Shown in pieces: positions 28,439-35,163 of a DNA stretch of 35,163 bases (the stretch's first letter is position 1; each line of letters starts with the position of its first letter). The stretch comes from an uncultured virus (IMG/VR IMGVR_UViG_2061766007_000638). Taxonomy: Duplodnaviria > Heunggongvirae > Uroviricota > Caudoviricetes. The stretch lies in the IMG/VR virus record IMGVR_UViG_2061766007_000638. One strand, given 5' to 3'. A program made the position numbers and the translations under genes. The notes under the pieces are model-generated. The model was not told where the DNA came from, ran no database searches, and saw nothing but the letters and a program-made list of their open reading frames with translations.

Positions 28439-28715
28439 TCTCCCTATAATTACTGCTTAAACTAAGGGTATCCCGTAAGCTTTCATATCCCTTTTTATAC
28501 TGCTCGCCTTTGTTCAAAAAATCATACTGTGCCATGCAATATATTTTTACTGCGGAAAACAACAGTGCATTATTTACAACTTCTTCTATATCATCCGGGA
28601 CAGCAATTCCTAATCTTTTCATATCGTCAAGACAAGCCGATATATGCTGACTAATATCATCATCAAGCTTGTCGTGTGATATTCTCAATGTAGTTTTTAC
28701 GTCATCAATCAGCAT
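28422..28715 (-). CDS. Head-tail connector (phage B)
   Basis: Homologous to 19265..19558. Confidence 0.88.
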   Translation of the reverse strand: MLIDDVKTTLRISHDKLDDDISQHISACLDDMKRLGIAVPDDIEEVVNNALLFSAVKIYCMAQYDFLNKGEQYKKGYESLRDTLSLSSNYRESDSGV

Positions 28716-28734
28716 ATCAGATCACCTCCGAAAA

Positions 28735-29931
28735 TCAGGCTGTTACAGTAAGAGTAACAAGGCTGTTTTTATCAATAACTTTACCGTCTGTAATCATCAC
28801 TGCTTTGCGGATAAGGTCATCGGTGTCATTATCCTCGTAAACTTTCGCCGTAATCTCGTAGTTTGTGTTGAGAATATAATCGGCAAAATTGAAGATAAAC
28901 GCAACGATTGTATTCGCCGTAACCGTTGGTGTGTAATTAGCGATATAATTATCAAGGATTACAACATCACGTCCCAAAATTGAACGCTCCGGCTTGCCGG
29001 AAATACCGTAGTTAATGCGTGCAATAGGCTGCCCGTTATCGTCAACAATTCCATAAAACGCCATAAAAGTTTTCTTTGTCATCGCATAAACAGCGCCGCT
29101 TTCATACGCAGACGGCAGCGCTGCCTCCATTGCAGCAAGCGTATTATAAGAAATTGCCGTACCGCTTGCAATAGTGAGCGCCTGACCTGTGACAGGAGTT
29201 TCCGCCAGAATTCCTTTTGGTCTGCCCGAACCCGAACCGTCAATAATAGCCTGTTCAAGAGCTTTTACCATAGCGTAAGAAACATCGTTGACAAACTTTG
29301 TTTCAAATGCGCTCAAAGACATTACAGACACTTCAAGGGTCATCGAAACGGCAACTTTAAGCTTATGATATGTAAAGGTAATCGTGCCGTTTACACCGCT
29401 CTTTTGAATGGTTACGCCTGCGCCCTCATTTACCCATGTGGCAGTAGGCTTGACATTGCTTGTAGGAATAGTCAAGCCGCCTTTGTAGTTTGTCCTTGTT
29501 ACAAGGTTAAGAACAGTGCCGATATTTTCCATTTTCTCAACAATACGATTGAGAACGGTAGTAGGAATTACAGGGCTTACATCTCCGGTTGCAGTTGTCA
29601 GGTTGTTAAACGCAGTTCTGAAACTATCGGGAATTGCCGAACGTGTCACAACGTAATTCATAAACGCTTTTCTGTATTCCAGCCCCGAAAACATATCAGC
29701 GTCTTCACCCTTTGCCGCAAAAAAGTCCGCTGTTTCGCTTCTGCCCTTATCGCTCAAAATTTTAAGCTGTGCCTGAGCTTTTGCAGCGTTTTCAAAATCT
29801 GCGTCATGCTTCTCGATCTCTGCCTTTTTTGCTTCAAATGCTTTTAATTCTGCATTATCCGCAAGCTGCTGAGCTTCTTTTAAAAGTTCGTTTCTCTTTG
29901 TGATATACTCTTCTCTTGTCATGTTATACAC
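28735..29931 (-). CDS. Major capsid protein, HK97 family (phage B)
   Basis: Homologous to 19580..20755. Confidence 0.95.
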   Translation of the reverse strand: MYNMTREEYITKRNELLKEAQQLADNAELKAFEAKKAEIEKHDADFENAAKAQAQLKILSDKGRSETADFFAAKGEDADMFSGLEYRKAFMNYVVTRSAIPDSFRTAFNNLTTATGDVSPVIPTTVLNRIVEKMENIGTVLNLVTRTNYKGGLTIPTSNVKPTATWVNEGAGVTIQKSGVNGTITFTYHKLKVAVSMTLEVSVMSLSAFETKFVNDVSYAMVKALEQAIIDGSGSGRPKGILAETPVTGQALTIASGTAISYNTLAAMEAALPSAYESGAVYAMTKKTFMAFYGIVDDNGQPIARINYGISGKPERSILGRDVVILDNYIANYTPTVTANTIVAFIFNFADYILNTNYEITAKVYEDNDTDDLIRKAVMITDGKVIDKNSLVTLTVTA

Positions 29932-30550
29932 AACCTTTCTTCAAGTTCAATAATTCAAGCTGCAATTTAGCTTTTGTCTTTGCGTTTTTGTAGTTTTCTC
30001 TGTCGGTGTCTGTAATAAAATCACAATATCCGTTTTCAAGAATCTCTTTTCCTGATATGCGGTCACAAAGTCCTATTTCAACAGCTTCTTTGGCAGTAAA
30101 CCATTTTTCACTGTCCATGAGCTGCAAAAATTCCTCCTCGGTTTTACCCGTCTTTTCGGTGTATGCCTGACATACAGCTTTATCGGCTGTTCTCAAAACA
30201 TCCGACTGGTGTTCAAAATCCTTGTGATTGCCGTAAGCTGCACTTGAAACATTGTGAATCATAACCATAGCAGTTGGGGATATTTCGCTTTCGGCGGCAC
30301 ACATAATAATTGTGGCGGCACTTGCAGCCATACCGGAAACGTGAATTGTAACATTGTCTTTATGCTCACGAATAGAAGTATAAATCTCTGTTGCCGCCAC
30401 CATATCACCGCCGCCGGAATTTATGTAAATATCCATTTTCTCGCCGTCCGGAAGCGTTTCAAAAGCGTTTGATATATCGGACGGACTTGTTGCGGCAATA
30501 CCGCAGTAGTCATAAATTGGCTTGTCTTCATCGTTTACGATAGTACCTCT
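29924..30550 (-). CDS. ClpP-type prohead protease (phage B); start in gap
   Basis: Frame extends upstream of ORF-track start (RGTIVNDEDKPIYDYCGI...); YINSGGGD, AASAA, MIHN. Confidence 0.92.
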   Translation of the reverse strand, partial: RGTIVNDEDKPIYDYCGIAATSPSDISNAFETLPDGEKMDIYINSGGGDMVAATEIYTSIREHKDNVTIHVSGMAASAATIIMCAAESEISPTAMVMIHNVSSAAYGNHKDFEHQSDVLRTADKAVCQAYTEKTGKTEEEFLQLMDSEKWFTAKEAVEIGLCDRISGKEILENGYCDFITDTDRENYKNAKTKAKLQLELLNLKKGCV

Positions 30551-30624
30551 NNNNNNNNNNNNNNNNNNNNNNNNNNNNNNNNNNNNNNNNNNNNNNNNNN
30601 NNNNNNNNNNNNNNNNNNNNNNNN

Positions 30625-31722
30625 AATTGGGGAAAGATTAAGAATTTTTCTCCATTCATTTGGAGTCATAGCGCCTCTGTCAACCATTTGTAAGAAACTC
30701 AGCTTTGTATTAATGCTCGCACACGTTAAAGAAGAGCTTTCAAAAACTATCCTGTTTCCGTAACTTCGTTTATTCGCCGAAAATAGTTTCCGTGTAAACT
30801 CGTTTGAAAAATCCAAGGCAATAGGTTCAATGGAACTTTCGTAAAAGCTGTTCCATTCGTCCTCGTTGTAACTGCCTTGAACAATTTTCTCGTTAACGCC
30901 AAACAAGCCATAAATTCGTTCTTTAACAGATTTTAAGATCTCAAAATTCGGGACGTAATCTTTCGGGTCTATCTGCTGTGCTTCTACCTTTGCATCTGTA
31001 ACAGCAACACCGCCCGTATCACTGTTAGATTTTAAAAAGCTTTCTGCAAATTCTTTTGCTATGTCTTTCAAATCGTCTTTTCTAAGGGATGATGTAGCCT
31101 TTAAAAGCCAACGGATAACGCTGCCGTTTTTTACCGCACTTACAATGCCGTCATCAATTGTGTTGCTGATAGTCAAAAGCGGCGTTAAAGTAGGCATTAA
31201 AGAGTTGCCGAAAATATCATTATCGAAAAAATTTGACCTCAAATGAATAATATCATCATACGGATATGTATACTCTTTTCCGTTGCTTAAAGTGAATTTC
31301 AAAAACAGCTCGCTTTTGATATATACCGCTTCAACACCAACGGCAGGGAGCGGAAACAATTCAATAGGATATCCGTTTTCATCACGTGTAATGTGTGTAA
31401 AAGAATTGCCGTTTAAAACAAGCTGTGCAGCCATTTTCTCTTGAAGTTTCTGCATTGACATAAGAGGATTAGGATTTTCAAGCAGGCTTTTGATGTACGG
31501 TTCGGGATTGGTTTTGTCTTTGAAAAGGTGCTTTGCGTTAAGCTTGCCGATCGCTTTTATATACGGAGAAAGACAGGCTCGCACAATATCGCTGTCGTAT
31601 ATTTTGCCGTCCCAAATAAACGTACCGTTTCCCCGCTCGGTTACAAGCTGATATTTTGTAAGTGTTTCGGATTTTTGATTTTTGAATTTTAATAAGGGTT
31701 TAAATATGTTCGTGTTCATCAC
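30625..31722 (-). CDS. Portal protein, HK97 family (phage B); 3' end in gap
   Basis: Homologous to 21377..22552. Confidence 0.94.
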
Positions 31723-32476
31723 CTCTTTTCGGGTATAGAAATACCGCCCCTACTGCTCAGGGCGGTTTGTGCTTCTTCTATTCTCTTTTTTGCAATCTCA
31801 AAATAATGTTCGTCAAGTTCAAAACCTATGAAATTACGGTTTGTATTCACACAAGCAACTCCTGTACTACCTGAACCCATACAATTGTCAAGCACTGTTT
31901 CGCCCTCGTTGGTGTATGTACGAATAAGGTATTCAAGCAATGGTACAGGTTTCTGAGTGGGGTGCAAGCTTTTGTAATTGCTATTTTCAAAGAACAATAC
32001 ATCGCTCGGATAATTTTTATGGGTAGTTGTATAAGGTGCTTTATGTCCGTGATAATTTGTATTCCTACTTTTGCCCCCCTTGTGAGATATGGGTTTATCC
32101 AATTTGATAAGCCCCTGAGGATTATATGTAGGCAGTTTATCATAAAACACACATATTACTTCGTGCTGTCGCAAAGGCATCTTTTTAGCATTTAAAAATC
32201 CCTGTTTTAATGATTTAACCCACACCCATTCATAGCGAAAACATTTTTTCCAAGCTGTAACGAGTTCAGTAGTAAAAGGCTGCTGAGAGAATAAAACTGT
32301 TGCCCCCCCCGTTTAACAATTCGTTCATATTCTTGAAATAGTTTTTTAATATCTATTTTTTTATCCCATTTATTATCTGTTGTTCCATACGGCAAATCGC
32401 ATAAAATCATATCGATTGAATTATCGGGAATATCTTTCATCAATTCAAGACAGTCGCCTTGTTTTAAATCAATCAA
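31719..32476 (-). pseudogene. Beta-class N6A/N4C DNA methyltransferase split by a frameshift at a G8 tract
   Basis: ILCDLPYG (motif IV) in 5' frame; HPTQKP and VLDNCMGSGSTG (motif I) in 3' frame; one extra G gives a continuous 252-aa protein ...IVKRGGATVLFSQQPFT...FRYEWVW. Confidence 0.9.
32303..32310 (-). repeat. G8 homopolymer at the methyltransferase frameshift
   Basis: + strand tg-cccccccc-gttt. Confidence 0.95.
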
Positions 32477-32529
32477 TTAATCACCTCCAAAATGGTAAAA
32501 GAATGCCGCCGAGCCTTGCGGCGGGACGA

Positions 32530-33248
32530 TTAAATCAACGTCTGATACTGTTCTTTTTTATCACACCAAACAACATAGGCATCCAACAAAGCCGCTGTGC
32601 CGTCAATTCTTTGTGTGCGTTTATCAGATTTACACGGCTGAATATTGCCGTTAATATCAACTTTTACGTCTGTATTAAGCAAACACCACAAATCAATAGG
32701 GTTATCGTCATAAACAATGTTTTTTCCCTGTAAATCAGCTTTTAGGTCTTTCATCGGACCCGAAAGAGTTTTAGCGCCCTGCCTAACTTCTATCATTGTA
32801 GTTTTGCCAAACTCGTTTATAAATGCCGCCAACAAGTCATCAGATATATGCCAACGGTCATACCCTATGTACATTGGATAAACATCTTCATTATCACGAA
32901 GCTCACAAAACCAATCAAGAAATACTCGTTTGTCAACTTTCTTTCCCGGATAGGTTCTCATTAACCCTTGTTCAATCCATTGCTTGTATGGCACATGGTC
33001 ACGCCCATCACGGCTGCCCTTTTCGTCCTGTTCGTCAATCACCGACTGCGGTATCCAGTACATTGATTTTACATAAATCTTATCGTCATCAGGCTTTTGG
33101 AAAATAGCTTTAGCTGCATTAAGGTCAACGCTGTCGGCGGCATCCATACCGCCTATAAAATAACGATATTTATACTCCGGTATCTTTTCGGGGTTGTAGG
33201 CTTCTTCATAAGTAAGCCATCTGTCGACAGGATTTTGTTTCAAGTTAA
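32530..33248 (-). CDS. terL: Terminase large subunit, C-terminal nuclease half (phage B)
   Basis: IGGMDAADSVDL, IGYDRW, VRQG, RIDGTAALLDA. Confidence 0.93.
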
Positions 33249-33259
33249 ANNNNNNNNNN

Positions 33260-34399
33260 AGGAATCCAGTACATTGATTTTACATATATCTTATCATCAT
33301 CAGGCTTTTGAAAAATCGCCTTAGCTGCATTAAGATCAACGCTGTCGGCTGCATCCATACCGCCAATATAATAACGGTATCTATACTCCGGTATTTTTTC
33401 GGGGTTGTACGCTTCTTCATAAGTAAGCCATCTGTTGACAGGATTTTGTTTCAAGTTAAAATCTTTAACAAGAACCGTTGGTTTAAAAGTCGGGTCATGC
33501 TTTGCTTTATTAACCATTTGACGAAGATAGTCATATGATTTGATTGTGCCAAGTCCCGGATTAGCTTTAATCCAGCATTCTTCTTTACTCCATTCATCGG
33601 GAGAATCAAGCTCGTAAATAAAAGGCAAATAATGCTCGTCCTTTACATCTCCGTTTATGACCTTTGCAGCATACTCATATTGAGCGTCAAAAATACCGTT
33701 TCGGACAAATCCGTTAGTTGTGATAGTAAACAAAACAGGCTGAGAGCGTGAACCCATAGCCTGTTTTATCAAATCGTATAAATCTCTGTTTTTAATAGCC
33801 GCTAATTCATCAATAACACCACAGTGAACGTCCAATCCGTCAAGACTGCCTGTTTCGCTTGCAAGAGCTTTTATAAATCCAAAGTTATACGCAAAATACA
33901 AATCACTCGCTCTTTTGCGGATGTGCTTTTTTAAAAGCGGAGATTTTTGAACCATTTTGTAGCAAGCATTAAAGCCTAAAGTCGCTTGCTCTCGCTGAGT
34001 TGCAAGGTTGTAAATCTGAGGTGAACCCTCGCTGTCATTACAAAGCATATCAAGCTCAACAGCTCCGGTTTCGGAAGTCTTGCCGTTTTTACGCCCCTCA
34101 ATGATAAGGCACTCGTTGTATTGACGTTTGTTATTATCATCGACAAAGCCAAACAAGGCTTGTAAACGTGCTTTTTGGAAAAGCTCCATTTTGAATGGCT
34201 GCCCCATTTTATCTCCCGAAGGATAGCAGCAGAAACGTTCTATAAACTCAATATGTTTATTTGCGATATCAATATCGAAGTGATATCTATCAGGCTGAGA
34301 TAAAGCTTTTAGCATTCGTTCTGACTGCTTTTTCATTTTTTTACAGGCAGTAATCTTTCCGTCATAAATCAAAGTGAAATACTTTTCAAAATCCGTCAC
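33260..34399 (-). CDS. terL: Terminase large subunit, N-terminal ATPase part (variant), cut by gap
   Basis: GRKNGKT Walker A, VIDEL Walker B, ITTNG, WIKANPGLG; last ~200 nt duplicate ~33050-33248 with substitutions. Confidence 0.94.
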
Positions 34400-34761
34400 T
34401 TAGCACCACCTGCGGAAATAAAGCTTAACATTTCATCAACTTCTTGCTTTTCCTCGGCAGGCAGCAGGTCAGTGAGTTGCTTAATGATTTTCTGATAGCT
34501 TGTGTTAAGCGAGCTGTACAAGTCTGCAACGGGTCTTTTTCTGTCATAAGGCTCTTGATTTTCTCCCTGACTAAATTTTTCCGTTAATCCGTTATCAACG
34601 ATATCACTTTCACACTCTTCAAGCATAACACGCATATATGCAGCTCGGCGGATAAGTCCCTGAGCCGCTTTCATCTTCTTTTCGTTCTTCAAATCTCCGT
34701 AAATTTTTGTTAGTCTGCGTTCCTCTGCCTTAATGCGTTCATCTTTTGTTTTCTCTTTCAT
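34396..34761 (-). CDS. terS: Terminase small subunit (cos/HK97-type module)
   Basis: LI.RAAYMRV.L.E.E..I...G...Q...RP....Y....Y..IIKQL; overlaps terL start; AAAGGAGG SD. Confidence 0.85.
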   Translation of the reverse strand: MKEKTKDERIKAEERRLTKIYGDLKNEKKMKAAQGLIRRAAYMRVMLEECESDIVDNGLTEKFSQGENQEPYDRKRPVADLYSSLNTSYQKIIKQLTDLLPAEEKQEVDEMLSFISAGGAK

Positions 34762-34788
34762 AATGCTGCCTCCTTTCGGCTTTTTTAT

Positions 34789-34831
34789 GGGGTGGGGGGG
34801 CTCAAAATTTGACGCGCGTTAAGAAAAAAGC
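34789..34831 (-). other. Possible part of the cos/packaging-proximal region
   Basis: AACGCGCG..AAATTTT..C-run just upstream of terS; similar layout at 35121-35163. Confidence 0.3.
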
Positions 34832-34841
34832 NNNNNNNNNN

Positions 34842-35093
34842 TGAGCTGTACAAATCCGCAACGGGTCTTTTTCTGTCATAAGGTTCTTGATTTTCTCCCT
34901 GACTAAACTTTTCTGTCAGTCCATTATTGACTATGTCGCTTTCGCATTCTTCAAGCATAACACGCATATATGCAGCCCTGCGAATAAGTCCCTGAGCCGC
35001 TTTCATTTTCTTGTCGTTCTTCAAATCGCCGTAGATTTTTGTTAGTCTGCGTTCCTCTGCCTTAATACGTTCATCTTTTGTTTTCTCTTTCAT
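34842..35093 (-). CDS. terS: Terminase small subunit, second variant, cut by gap
   Basis: Near-identical protein to 34396..34761 with many synonymous changes. Confidence 0.85.
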
Positions 35094-35163
35094 ACTGCTG
35101 CCTCCTTTCGGTTAGTTTTAAGGGTAGGGGGGCTGTAAAACCTCGTGCGTTAAAAATGCTGCT

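Noticed and set aside
17055..35163. Tandem duplication of head-tail operons in one genome
   Set aside because: Copies are diverged and every junction is a gap; more consistent with separate phages
1..35163. CRISPR array, integrase, IS element, intron/intein or alternative genetic code
   Set aside because: No repeat-spacer array, recombinase or transposase motifs seen; core genes are normal length and translate in the standard code

Overview
Tailed-phage (siphovirus-type) DNA from low-GC Gram-positive, probably clostridial, hosts. It is almost all on the minus strand and broken by 16 N-gaps. It is not one genome but a chimeric scaffold of related phages. (1) 1-1528: short fragments, including a Tad1-like piece, two alleles of a Dam-like adenine methyltransferase and the Cpl-7 end of an endolysin. 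(2) 1539-7255: an SPP1/PBSX-type packaging module (ArpU/RinA-like activator, late promoter, tRNA-like RNA plus tRNA-Lys, terS, terL, portal, MuF with C-terminal extension). (3) 7266-8046: a flipped contig with MazG-like and Zn-finger genes. (4) 8057-23755: a nearly complete HK97-type head-tail-lysis module ('phage A'). (5) 23766-35163: sister HK97-type modules ('phage B' and variants). The sister genomes expose a variable gene slot between terL and portal, bounded by conserved hairpin + TATACC + Shine-Dalgarno elements. It holds unrelated cargo: a beta-class methyltransferase frameshifted at a G8 tract, an acidic orphan, and by flank similarity a Dam-like methyltransferase. All family calls come from motif recognition and synteny, not database searches.
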